Shown here: positions 50,220-62,201 of the stretch, one piece after another
How positions within the stretch are numbered: the stretch's first letter is position 1
Layout: every line of letters starts with the position of its first letter
From: Nemertoderma westbladi
Lineage: Eukaryota; Animalia; Xenacoelomorpha
NCBI GenBank assembly: GCA_032718475.1
Contig: JAUCBJ010006842.1
Span: 248,001-312,000, forward strand
Direction of reading: 5' to 3'
Length of the DNA: 64,000 bases
Made by a program: the position numbers and the translations under genes
The notes under the pieces: generated by a model
Seen by the model: only the letters and a program-made list of their open reading frames with translations
What the model was told of the DNA's origin: nothing
The model's database searches: none

Positions 50220-50440
50220 CAACAGACCCACCATATTGATCAGACATGCAAATCCTCATTCATCCGCATTATGGATTATGGAGGAATCTTTTTCATGAAT
50301 AATTCAAATGGCTGACCACCACTTTTCCTCTCACCAGCTGGCTGACATAGAACAATATCATGCACAGATTGAGCATGAGCAGTCCACTCTGATCAGACTG
50401 ACCTGTGATGCCGTCGTGGTGGTACTGAGTTTTAGCGATA
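50220..50440 (-). mobile_element. Old RTE 3' fragment
   Basis: QSVHDIVLCQPAGERKSGGQPFELFMKRFL resembles QPVHNLVLWQPHGVNKQGGQPMTFLRRIL of RTE family 1. Confidence 0.55.
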
Positions 50441-51760
50441 AGAGATGTTTATTGTATTTGTGAAATCTCCCTCATTTGTAAAGTAACAACATTGTATCAA
50501 TACGCCATGATCCCTGTATAATACATAGATAGTATCGTACAGTAATCTACTTAACATCACGGCCATACCTGCCTGCTTGCCTTACAATTTCCCTTTCAAA
50601 CTTTATGATTTTCAATCTAAGATCCTAAGCAGCAGAAATATTCGAACTGACCTACTAAATCATTACTTGTATTAAATACTTCGCATTAGAAAAATTGTGG
50701 GCTTATTTATGGCTTATCTGGTAAAGTTACAAGATTACCAGATCGTGTAAATAATTGCAAATTCGCAGTTAGGCTATTAGATAGATAGATATTTATTGAC
50801 AAGAATATGAAGGATTAATAATAAACATTTTATTGCCCAGAACAAGAAATTAAATCAACATAACCTAAACCTAAAATTAATATTCAAGTCAATGGGTATC
50901 AAAAATTAATTGTCCCCCTAATAAATGTACAGCACACTACATTTCATTCCCAAATTAATTTCGTAGTTCAGTAAAATCTAAAAGTATTACTATATTTTGC
51001 ACGAATGCTTTCAGTCAAAGGGCAATGTCAGCAACATGCAATGACAGCACATGTGACTCATCCTGGGACTTGTGGCACGAACAAACTCGTGATTTGCGAG
51101 GAATACGGGTCCAACTACCCTTTTCTATTAAAAGATTGTGCGATGAGAGCCGTATTGTGGTAAAAGCTAAGCGAGTTACCATTTATCATCATAGAAATGT
51201 TAACTAACCCCCCATATTTAAACACCCTTATACATCAAATAATAAAAGTAGTTTTCAAACTACAGTACCGGGTATACAGAAAAGGTTCTCATTCTTGTCG
51301 TTATTTAAACTACGCTACTAATCATTACCCCAGAATACACCATGTCCTGGAATATAGTGTCGTTATTCAGGTACCTGGACCCCCCCCCCCCCCCCAGATT
51401 TTTCTACAAATCTTAATGAGATTGAATGAAATTTAAAACAGAGATAGTTTCACCTCCCTCCTCCTCCGTGGGTTTGCCAGAATTTTTATTTTTGCTTTCA
51501 ATTTTTAGCTTCAAGCGTTTGAAAAAGGTGTCTCCGGTGATATTTCACCAATTACGCTGCAGTTATTCTTGAACCTTATCGTGATTGGTACCAATAGAAA
51601 GCTTACCGTGCAAGGATTCCAAAAATTTAAAATCATTTGAATTTGGTTAGGAAATAGCTGAGATATGAGCGTTCAAAAGTTTCATGGTTTTGCACCTGCA
51701 CTAGTCTGTTTTATTCTATTAAATAAAAACACCACATTCTAGAACATTTTGTTTATGTAT

Positions 51761-52233
51761 TATCTTCCTCAACTCATTCTTCGTGACTTCCCTACTCCTT
51801 TCTTCCCCGGTTTCGAACTTCCCATTTTCTTCCCTTTCTTATTTCCCTTTCCTCTAAGACTTCCAGACCTGCTCCTTCTATTCTTCCTCCAGTCCTGATT
51901 AAGGCATCGTTTCATTTCACTGCATCTACAGGAGGTACAAAAAACTCCAGCTCGTGCACAACTGCACTTTGTGCAATTGGACTCGGGGTCTCTGCAACAG
52001 AAGAGGCGCTTTACTTTCTTGGTTGGGAAATCTGCTGGGATTCGGGGATGGGGCAGGTCTCCATGGAGCCGACCTCTCCATAGAATATTATGACTAACCA
52101 ATTTAATAACTTTTAGTAACGTCAGCTGGTGGTGGTATAAAATTTGTTGCAAATTTGAAAGTTTTTAGTTTTGTTTATTTCAAATATATTATTGTATAAT
52201 AGAAATAATAATAAATTTATATATAATTAAATC
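51761..52233 (+). mobile_element. Short CRE-clade insertion with an inverted 5' segment, 14-bp TSD
   Basis: TTTTGTTTATGTAT at 51747-51760 and 52234-52247. Plus strand LGFGDGAGLHGADL* matches the C-terminus of the CRE at 1603 (LGFGDGAGVQGSDL). Minus strand encodes a Cys-rich motif. Confidence 0.75.
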
Positions 52234-53174
52234 TTTTGTTTATGTATGAATAGCTACATAATAGTATGATTAAAGAAGCATTGCATTGTTTCCCAGCTAC
52301 ATATGGGATGAACAAAATGTTCCAGAATATGATGTATTTATTAAATAGAGTAAATGGCCTGCATAGGAAGCAAATATATGCAACATACGAATGCTCATAT
52401 CACAGCTGTTTCCTACCAAATTTAAGTGTTTGAAATCCTTGCACGGTCAGCTTTCTATTGGTACCAACAAATCACGATCAGGGGTGGTATGCACCAAGCG
52501 ATCTAATTAGTCTGAACTAGGTAACCTGTACTAATTAGAACAAGCTCAGTCTAATCATTATGCACCAACTTTAGACTAGCCTAATTTCTAGTCGAATTAG
52601 AATAGAAATATTAGACAGCTAATAGGTGTCTAATATTAGTTTCTGCTCAGCTGCTGATATGTTTCCAATAGTTACGAGCCAAACAATCAGCCTATTTGCT
52701 ATTCTGTAGTAAATAAAGTTGAGTAACGAGTGGACATTATACTGTATTGTACATACATTTACAATATACACGTACTGCAAGTAGAGTAAGTGGTAAGCCA
52801 CATAAAATTTAGCAAAAGAACTTTGTAAAAGTTTGATATTAGTGCAATACATTATTATGGGTGAGCCGAGCGTGTCAAATAATATTTTATGTTTGTGAAA
52901 ATGCTTAGAACATCTTTCTAACACGCTATTAACTTTCGATTTCACGTAAAAACTATTTCCCATAACGGTCATGGGAACAGCTCGCTACCACTACTATATC
53001 GAATATCGGGCATAATCATTTAATGGCTGTTGTTAGGAACAAAGATAATTTGATACCTTTATCACACAAAATCTCAAAGTTTATTGGAGCTTATAGTGCT
53101 CAAAATATAATAATTCGAAAATAACAAGCTGTTTATTACGGTGGCCCACAACGGACACAGTTAATAAATAAATC

Positions 53175-53330
53175 AACTTCGCGGCAGTTTAGTTTTGCCA
53201 TGAAATTTCGCGGCACGTTTAGTTTATGCCGTGAAATTTCGCAGCACGTATAGTTTATGCCGTGAAATTTCACGGCACATTTAGGTTATGCCGTGAAATT
53301 TCACAGCACGTTTAGTTTATGCCGTGAAAT
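53175..53330. repeat. 30-bp tandem repeat with internal palindrome GCCGTGAAATTTCGCGGC, ~5 copies
   Basis: Directly visible. No unique spacers. Confidence 0.9.
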
Positions 53331-54004
53331 TATATCTCTGACCAGTGCATACATTTTGGAACAAAAACTACAAGAATCGATAGAGGAAAACTCTAAGAAA
53401 ACTTCTACCTCTAACCTTTAATAATTAAAATAAACAACTGAAATCGAATGCCCATAAAATCTGCTTAAGCTTAAAAAAATAAATTTTGAAAACAAAAACC
53501 ATGAATATGATATTGTTTAATTCAAAATTTGATCAATTTATGGAAGGTAGGGACATGAAGAAAGCGCCAGAATTTTAGCAAGTTTTCAAAACTGATTGCC
53601 ACACATAGTATAGATAGTTAACGTATAAATATTAGTATTTTAACAGTATTAACATTCTGTTATTTTAGTCATTTTTCGAAGGAATTTATCCAAATAAAAT
53701 CACGAATAGCAAAAAATTCCCATTCAAATATCTTAATTTTTCGTAAAAAATGTTACGAATTTCTGATTATGCCCATATGCTCTTTCGAATGGTCAGTATT
53801 TGATTTTTTGGTTCGTAACATAGACGAAATATTGTCAAACAAGTAATAATTCATAATAAACCTTTTTTTAATAATGCACAAATCAAAATTTTTACATTAT
53901 TCTCAAGCTGATATCACATTCAATTTTAAAATATATCATCGAATAACTGTTAATTTACATTGAACACTATTGATCACCATTGATCACACAACTATTAATA
54001 TAGT

Positions 54005-54904
54005 ATGGCAGATGTTGTTGATCTGTATGAATGTCCACGTTATGTGAGACCAATACTCGACCCTCTGTTAGAATTTGACGACACTGAATTGCTAAGAAGA
54101 TATCGCTTTGATGGTGAAACCATTCGATACATCACCGACCTTTTAGATCCCGAATTAAATGGTTATGGCACATCGTTGAATCGTCCGATTCCAAAAATCA
54201 CACAAGTCTGTATTGCACTGAGATACTTTGCATCAAACTCGTTGCAACAAAGTGTATGCGATACAATTGGTGTACACCAGAGTTCTGTGTCAAGAATTGT
54301 TGCCCAAGTAAGCAGCGCTTTGAACCAAAAAGTTCCAGAATTCGTCAAATTCCCTGTGAGCGCTGTTTCAAAACAAACAACTCAAGCAGGATTTTTCGAA
54401 ATTGCAGGATTTCCGGGAGTTGTAGCTTGCATTGATGGAACGCATATAAGAATGCCGAATCCATCGAGAGCAGACAATTCATTCATGAACAGAAAAAATT
54501 TTTACTCAATCAACGTACAAATTGCATGTGATCACAACATGAAGATTGTGAATTGCAATGCTCGTTGGCCCGGCAGTTGTCACGACTCGTGGGTGCTTCG
54601 AAATTCCGAATTATGGAATTCTTTTGAGAATGGAGACTGCACCGGAATCGTTCTCGGAGACTCCGGATATCCTTGTCGATCTTGGTTGATGAGCCCATTT
54701 CTCAATCCTCTAACAGCTTCACAGAAACGTTATAACAAAGCACACAGGAAAACAAGGGTGCTTGTTGAGCAAACCATTGGAATTTGGAAAAGGCGCTTCA
54801 GAGTCCTGTATGATGGATGTCGGGTAATGTTGGATAGAGTTCCAAACATTATTGGAGCTTGCGCAGTTTTGCACAACATTGCTATTGCAGTTGTTCAAGA
54901 ATGA
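54005..54904 (+). CDS. Harbinger DDE transposase (HARBI1-like), C-terminus frameshifted
   Basis: ALRYFA, IDGTHI, RWPGSCHDS, LGDSGY, YNKAH...RVLVEQTIG.WKRRF, CAVLHN. The typical tail GAAYRDHIVNTHF follows in another frame to ~54983. Confidence 0.92.
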   Translation: MADVVDLYECPRYVRPILDPLLEFDDTELLRRYRFDGETIRYITDLLDPELNGYGTSLNRPIPKITQVCIALRYFASNSLQQSVCDTIGVHQSSVSRIVAQVSSALNQKVPEFVKFPVSAVSKQTTQAGFFEIAGFPGVVACIDGTHIRMPNPSRADNSFMNRKNFYSINVQIACDHNMKIVNCNARWPGSCHDSWVLRNSELWNSFENGDCTGIVLGDSGYPCRSWLMSPFLNPLTASQKRYNKAHRKTRVLVEQTIGIWKRRFRVLYDGCRVMLDRVPNIIGACAVLHNIAIAVVQE

Positions 54905-56644
54905 AGATGAAATGGAGTTTCCCGTCCAGCTTAATTCAGGGGCTGCATACAGAGACCACATAGTAAATACCCACTTTCCTAATTAACAGTCAATAATACT
55001 ATTACTACATCAAATTCTTACAGAAAGTAACCTTCGGTTCCAAATTAATTGCTGATAATTATTTTATGGCAGTGCGGCGGAGTTGAGTTTTGTTGTTGTC
55101 TATAATAAACTAAATTTAATAATAATTCAGAATAACGCAGATCAGTGCGCAGTAGTGTGAAGTAGTGTGAAGTCGTGTGAAGTAGTGTGAAGGTTAATAA
55201 AGCATCTCCTAAAGAATGCGCCTTTTACGAAACTCAGTAGCCATCCAGTTGTGATTATTATAAGTCATAACTCTGTATTGATACTTAAAGCGCCACGTTC
55301 TGAAGGAACTGCTAATATTTCCCCGAAAGTAAATATATTGTCAGAGATTATATATTAACGATAAATCGAATAATACAGTAGGTCTACACTGCAATCACTA
55401 TCAAAGCATCCGAATCCAGTCTCCCTTAACTGTGGGTGAATGGTCGCGCACAGGCTCGCTTCGGCTGATGTACCTTCAGTACATTAAATAAATGATATAC
55501 AAAAAGACACCTAAAATTGGCAGGTTAAACTGCTAAAGGTCTAAAAGCGCGAACACACAGTAAAAAATATCTTGAAAAAAAGGTAGGCCTAAAAAAATAC
55601 TCATGAAAAAGATTCCATAAAAAATAAATAGGTACGGTACTGACTGACTGACTGACTGACTGTTAAAGAAAAAAAACACCCCACGTGCCACGTGGCCCAG
55701 GGCTGCCATCCACCCCATGACATTTGCGGCGACATGCTGACATGGCATTCGCAGTGAGACACCTCGCCGCAAAGTCACCTCGCCGCACATTATCTGCGGC
55801 GAGGTGACCTGCTGATAAGTAGCAGTGCGGCGAGGTGACCAGCACCTGTGTGAGTGTGTAGGCCTAGGCTATCCTACAAAGTACAGAAGTACGGTACCTA
55901 GGCCTTCTTCGGTAGGGATTAAGCATTTATTTATCTATTTATTTATTTAGCTTAGGCCTATTTCAGTGTATTTACAGTAACAGAGTAAGTTGAGCATACA
56001 TGTCTGCCGGTAGCCGGTATAACATCAGGAAACATCCCACAACTGCACAATGTACATGTAGGCCTAAGTACAAGCCACAATGTAAAAAACAAGCACCACA
56101 CAACACAATACCAGCAGAGTACTGGAGTCAGGGAGTAGTATTAATAATTAAGGTAACATCTATACAGTGTTAGACAGGCTGACAGGCAGCCAATGATAAA
56201 TCATTAAAAAAAATGCTGATCTGTGATTGGATTTGATGCAATTGAGGCTAATCATTGTATTGGTTCTTCCAGTCTAATCTAATTAGACTGAACTAGGAAT
56301 GGAATAGACTGGAAATGTTGGTGCATATAGAAATTAGACTGATCTAACTCTAGACTGAGTCTACACTAATTAGTGAACTAATTAGACTCATTCTATTCTA
56401 AATTGGTGCATATCACCCCAGGTTCAAGAATCTGGTTAAATATCGCCGGAGACACCTTCGCAACGCAAACGCTTGTAGCTAAGATTGAAAGCAAAAATAA
56501 AAATTCTGGCTCACCCATGGACGAACCTTCAGAGGTGAAACTATTTATGTTTCAAATGTCATGCAATCTCATTAAGATTTGTAGAAAAATTTGGGGGGAG
56601 GGGGTCCAGGTACATGAATAACAACACTATATTCCAGGACATGT

Positions 56645-56945
56645 TGTAAAGGCAGGCAGTGCAAAGACATTATTTCACACATGATGCAAGATGTGTACTG
56701 ACAGTAGTGCCGAGAATAAAGTAACGGAATATAGTTCTATTCTAGAACGGAACAGGTACTCAACTAGGATTATCAGAAATTCCGCATGCAAAGTAAAAGG
56801 TAAACTTAATAATCAGTTGGTGCAGAATAGGGTTAAAGATATTGAAAAAGCGTACCTCTGCCATATGAAGTGGGGCTAACTGAAAAAGTAGAAAAATTAT
56901 GTAGGAATTACAACGTTAATACATATTTTAAAAGAGTTAGGAACC
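56645..56945 (+). mobile_element. Penelope-like element fragment (RT thumb/linker)
   Basis: KAGSAKTLFH...MCTD...ILERNRYSTRII...PYEVGLTEKVEKLCRNYNVNTYFK, resembling the PLE KTL..RA..IC...NGYP...LPY..G.SE region. Confidence 0.65.
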
Positions 56946-57181
56946 ATGGACTTCTAGAATATTATTTATACCAGGACTGGAAACTAGGTAGCTAGCTATA
57001 GGCAAAATAAAAAAATACCAGTTGAGGCTTACTTATATTAATTACTGCCAATAGTAATAATTGTGAACATGATATACACGTTTTTGGTGATTATTATATA
57101 GGTTATAATTAATTTTCATATTTTTGTACATAGTAAGAAGTTTACTTAAATAAATTATTATTGTTTGATCTATAGGCCTAA

Positions 57182-57358
57182 AGGTGCATTCACATAACGT
57201 ATGTGTATGTAATGGTAGCAGCGATGCAAATATCAATTAGTCAGTCGTTAGCCACATTATATCAAGACATACACATACACAATATACACATACACTATCA
57301 CACCCACATACACATACACATACACATACACACCAACATATGTTATGTGAACGCACCT
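57182..57358. mobile_element. Tourist-like MITE with a (CATACA)n interior
   Basis: TIRs AGGTGCATTCACATAAC / GTTATGTGAACGCACCT, flanked by TAA and TTA. Confidence 0.75.
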
Positions 57359-57539
57359 TTATACATTCCATAAAATAAATTGATAAATATATTATTGACA
57401 ATGACAACATGACATGTATTACTGAAGTAAATTAGAAGACAAAAACAGCAATTAGGATACTATATCCTAATTCTAGAATAATTAGTACGGGACGTAACAT
57501 CCTGTACGATGGGAATATCAGCAATTTAATATTACAACT

Positions 57540-59265
57540 ACTTACTACTACTAGGTCGAGCGAACTTGGACAGTGGAAATTAGATCCTTCCAGGCTTCTC
57601 GGTTCTCCCTACTTGTCGCAATTTCGTTTCTCTCAAGTTCAGTGTCCATTTCAACTGGTCTATATATGTTATAGCTGATCTTCCACGGGTACGCTTTCCA
57701 TGTGTTGGTTGTCAGAAAATTCTGGTATGACTTTGTTCTTTACTTCTGCAGCAGTGCCACTGAATCATAATCTGTTCAGGTGGGGTGGTTGATACAGGTG
57801 GTATTATACCAGAGCTGCTTGGCGTTTGTCATGTGTTGTCTCCAGCTGATGGTTAGGGCTGCCCTTAGTAGTCTTGTGTAGCAACCATCAATTCGTTGTT
57901 CATGTGATTTCATCAGTGTCCAGGTTACACCCCCGTATAAAAGTACACTTTCCACTGTGGCTCGAAAGAAATTGGTGTCAGATGGTATCCATTTTTGATA
58001 GAGCCACCCATCCATGCATTTGGTTTCCTAACTTCTATGTCTTTTTGCTACTATCTATCCATGACCAAAAGTACTGGAAGTCGTCAACCTTCTTTAGTTG
58101 ATTATTATAAATTGTTGTCAAGTTTTAATCAGCATTAAAAGTCACGAATTCGGCCTTTGTTGCATTTATATGCAATCCAACCAACCTCCTTAGAAGCCCT
58201 CACCACTTTATTAAGTAGAAGCTGTGCATCTGCTATTGTATTAGAGAGCAGGGTGATGTAATCCGCTCAGACGGTGTCTGTGACTGTAGTTGCTGGTTAT
58301 CTACTACCTCTGCATTCTTGTAGTGTGAATCCCAGATCTTCACCCTTTGTGGCCATCCTCATTGCATAATCGAGTACAATTACAAATAGTAATGACGCCA
58401 ATATGTCACCCTGCAGTACACCAGCAAGGATTGAGAAGAACTCAATTTCACCATCTGGTGAGAGTACCTAAGCTTCTGTATCACAATATAACAATCCAAT
58501 GCCAGCGACAATTACTTCTGGTATTCCTTAAGCTCTTATGATTTCCCACGTTTTACCTCTATAGATGGAGTAGAATGCTTTCTCGAAGTCCACAAAGTCA
58601 GGACTGCGGGGAGATCTTTGACTTAATTCCCTCAATCAGTCTCCGTAGTGCAAGTATCTGAGCTAGTGTTGATCTATTTGGTCGAAATTCGTTTTGGTTT
58701 TGATGCAACAGTATCTCTATGTGAGGCCTAATTCTATATAGAATCATTTTGTTGTACATTTTGGCAGCTACCACAAGCAGACAGATCTCATGATAGTTTG
58801 TTGGCATACTGAAGTCTCCTTTCTTGGGTGTGAGGCATTAGTTGACCTTTAATCCAAAATGGTGGTGGCTTTTCCCCTTTCAGCATCTGGTTGCAAACAT
58901 CCAATAATGGTCTGTTTAGCACTCCTGTTTTCCATACCTCTTCTGCAGGGATTTCATATAATCCACTTGTGTTAAGATTGGACATGCTTTTTAATGCTTC
59001 TTTGGAGTTCGGCAGGTGTGAAAGTCCCTGGTTTCTATAGGTAGCATCTTGTCATATATTTTCCTTGTAGGGCTGACCTCGGTGTTTGGTGGCTGCCCAA
59101 GTAAGTTGCTGAAGTGATCTTTCCATTTCCCAACACGTTCTTCAGGACTATCAGCTTTGAGGCGTCCCTTAACACAACTTTTCCGACCAGATACCTCATT
59201 GATACCTCCTTGATTGTTGCTGTATGTGAGCAGTTGTAATTTCTTCACTTTTATCGTGTATGTAC
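57540..59265 (-). mobile_element. RTE family 2, 5'-truncated decayed copy
   Basis: Colinear with ~17335-19135. Ends GTTCGCTCGACC followed by a (TAG)n tail. Confidence 0.92.
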
Positions 59266-60234
59266 TTCACACTGCTGTCTGTGCAGTTTTATCGCAGGGC
59301 TGGGTTTGTTCCAACCTGATAAAACGGTTGTTATTTAGGGAGTAACTATATTACAATTTTCATCTTTAACATTTTATTTTGAAATAGCAGTCGCCTAAAA
59401 CCAGATGCAGTGCCGACTGCATGCTATAGATCGAAAGATGGCACACTCGGAAACCTCAACCACAGGTGCAAAATATATCAAAGAACAAGAAATACTATAC
59501 AATTCTATAGTACATTAGTAATCATATAGTCATATCATATAGTACATCAGTAATTTATTAAAAAATGGTTGCATATTTGAGATTAGGTGAGTTCCTTTGG
59601 ATATATGGTTAGTGATCTCATAACTTGAGCGACTTTCATTTGTTTGGGGTTAGGGTTAGTGCCAAGGGGAACTTGAGTTAAAGGGAGATCCGTTGGAGTT
59701 GGGGTTACTAGAAAAGAAAAATGGTCAGATATATTATATTTTGCAAAATATGTATGTATTGTTCTAGAACATCAACATAATGCCAAAAAAGTTCAAACAG
59801 GTGGAACCGCTGCCGAATTATTTAATATATGTAATTATGTATTGTATATATATACAAAAATAATAATACTGTTGCTTAGATACAGGTAATAATGGCAGGT
59901 GTTGTACTATATTTACAGTGCATGTAACTGTGATAACTAGCCAGTGATAATGTAATTATTCTTTTATATACCTAATATACACCTTTTATAATTCTGTTAT
60001 AAACCATGAATAGATTTTTACTTAAAAATAATGTTTTTCGATAACATTTTTGCAAAATCAATAAACTGCCTTGGAAGGCGTCCAGACTAGGGTGGTTTCC
60101 CTCTTTTTGTAATTATAAAAATATAATTTCTTACTGTGAAAATCGATAGATTATGTGGCCAATGTTGACTCCCATGACTCCACCTAGATATTGCGTATCT
60201 ACACATATATGGAATTAATATCTCGATCGTGAAC

Positions 60235-60849
60235 TTATTGTGCCGAGGTTAATTTGATGACTACATCTGAGATTGGGTCTGTCGTCGATGCCTCAAGTAT
60301 GTCGACTGAATTATCATTTTTTCGTAATAAAATTCCTCTATGATAATAGGGAAGTCCACAAAACATTCGACTAAATACAAATTCTGTTGGAAATTTGTTC
60401 AGTTCCACTACATTGTGCAGAGCTCGAGATTCCATTGCACATACATAATGTGATTCGGTCACTTTATATGAACACCAAATATAAAGAAGTGACCTCCCAC
60501 CCAATCCAGTCATGGCCAACAATATGTTTCCCCCACAATTTTTTGGCAACGTCAATTATTTTGTTCTTCAATGATGGTTCGGAAAAACAATTTTCAACAA
60601 AATATCGAAATGGTAGATGTGCCCCGAGTAACTTCTCAAAGGTTAATCCGATATCGGTACGTGTCCACCTTCCTCCACGTCTTCCAATGCTTCAAAGAAA
60701 TTATTCAGAATGATTTCGATAGAATCTGCTGCTGAATTAAAGTTTTCAGTTACATTGCTCGGTTTTTTACTACCACCCTCTTCATTTTTTGGAACACCTC
60801 TTTGTCGTTCAAATGAAAGGTCTTCGGATGACTTTCGCTTCAGCGACAT
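60235..60849 (-). pseudogene. Unidentified, frameshifted coding-like sequence (starts MSLKRKSSEDLSFERQR), left arm of an inverted duplication
   Basis: ORFs 60643-60951 and 60235-60555, with a bridging frame WTRTDIGLTFEKLLGAHLPFRYFVENCFSE. No family recognised. Confidence 0.35.
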
Positions 60850-61032
60850 TTTCTTAGCTACAGTATAATTGTGAGGAAAACCCCCAACTACAAACCACGG
60901 ACTCCAAACCACTGTCTCAAAACCATGGACTCCAATAGCTTTAAGTAGCAATACGTAATAGTTAATGTTCTAGTGTTATGTACAAAATTCCGTTATTGGT
61001 AAATATATTGAGGCGGTACCAAAATATTTGTT

Positions 61033-61357
61033 ACTATATTGAATGTATGAATAGAATGAATATTACTATAATGAATGTGAGGCGTATATTATCCACATGG
61101 ATAGTGATGGTGAAACTCGCAAAAAGAACAATAATTATTGATTTATTAATGATGATACATATTTAAATAATTAATTAATCTAGATCCCGTAAGTGATATG
61201 CCAGGCATACTGGTGTTGTCATCTGTGGCATGGATGTACAACATATTGCATGAGAAACGTCTGATGCAGACTCTTTGCAAAACTTGCATATACATCCGCT
61301 ATCCAGCCGCCAGAAGAAATAAGTTGCTTTCCTTGTAAAGTTAGCAATGCAAATCAA
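61033..61357 (-). mobile_element. 3' end of a LINE related to 40733-42791, inserted in the left arm of the inverted duplication only
   Basis: CICKFCKESASDVSHAICC vs CICRFCLQPAKNRYHALVC. The segment is absent from the homologous arm at ~63527. Confidence 0.7.
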
Positions 61358-62098
61358 CTAATTACTATAATTAAACTATGATTAGAAATATTAGTTTCTG
61401 TGGGAACTCAATTCAGCTAATCTACCTACATTATAAGCACAGGTAATACTTGTTCAGATCACAACCATATACCGAATTTTTGGGTCTGCAGAGTTAGACC
61501 TCTAGTGTGCACTAGCGATCTTGTTGGTCTTGTTAGTCGATCTGTAAACCTTAATGCCACCAAGGTTACAAGACGAGAACTATTTCAGCCTATATTAGAT
61601 TGGAAATTGGATTGGGGACTGAGCTATTTATTGGAGCCTTTTAAATGATAAAACCTGGGAAAACAAGGTTTTGACACATCATGTTCGTAGAAATGAAATA
61701 GTATCCAGTGATCCAATAGATGAAGGTATATATGACACCCCTCACATATTCCTCATAAAATTCAATTATCCAAATGAGGATAAGATATTTTTAGGGACGA
61801 AAGACACACAAGACAATAATTATCATCCCATTAAAATTGTTTCAAAAAATTATCTGACTGCGTGGCGTCCGAGGTATGAAAGGAGTAAGGAAGAGGATGT
61901 GGAATGGACTCTTATTATATATAGGAAGGGATCTAGGGGTCTTAACCTCGTATGATAAGTATATTTTACCGAAAATAACTTATCTTTTATTGGCGCAATT
62001 GTAGGACTAATCCCATCACATGCGTACTTTTTAACCGGGTAGTATACAAATTTAGGAATCGCGTAATATTTAGAAATTAATATCTCATATCTCTCCAA

Positions 62099-62141
62099 AC
62101 CACGTACACGTTTCGACCTTACTGGGTCTCATCAGCGTGGT
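62099..62141 (-). ncRNA. Intact minimal type I hammerhead ribozyme
   Basis: Minus strand ACCACG-CUGAUGA-GACC-CAGUAA-GGUC-GAAAC-GU-GUA^CGUGGU: 6-bp stem I, complete core, 4-bp stem II, minimal stem III with palindromic ACGU, GUA cleavage triplet. Confidence 0.9.
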
Positions 62142-62201
62142 GTCGGATTCGAACCTGGGACCTCGAGGTGGAAGCCAAGACTACAACCACTAGGCCACAG
62201 G
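62142..62201 (-). promoter_or_regulatory. tRNA-derived internal Pol III promoter (SINE head, Gly-TCC-like)
   Basis: Minus strand A-box TGGCCTAGTGG and B-box GGTTCGAATCC at tRNA spacing. No acceptor stem. Confidence 0.8.

Larger units (their letters stand above)
52482..56418 (+). mobile_element. PIF/Harbinger DNA transposon, 3-bp TSD CAG
   Basis: TIRs GGGTGGTATGCACCA / TGGTGCATATCACCC. CAG at 52479-52481 and 56419-56421. Subterminal AATTAGACT repeats at both ends. Confidence 0.92.
51341..56643. mobile_element. Palindromic (foldback) non-autonomous element, copy 2 (~0.9 kb own sequence, ~400-bp arms), hosting a CRE and a Harbinger
   Basis: 51341-51750 is the diverged reverse complement of 52310-52480 plus 56422-56643. 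A further partial copy lies at ~10300-10400. Confidence 0.75.

Noticed and set aside
51769-52152. Host tesmin/CXC-domain gene
   Set aside because: The ORF lies inside a 473-bp TSD-flanked insert, and its first part is the antisense of a CRE C-terminus.
53175-53330. 30-bp palindromic repeats resembling CRISPR repeats
   Set aside because: Contiguous tandem copies with no spacers.
61671-62098. ORFs 61671-61955 (+) and 61850-62098 (-) as a GIY-YIG or other protein of the ribozyme unit
   Set aside because: Non-ATG starts, short, and no GIY-YIG or other recognisable motif. A terminal GLN alone is insufficient.
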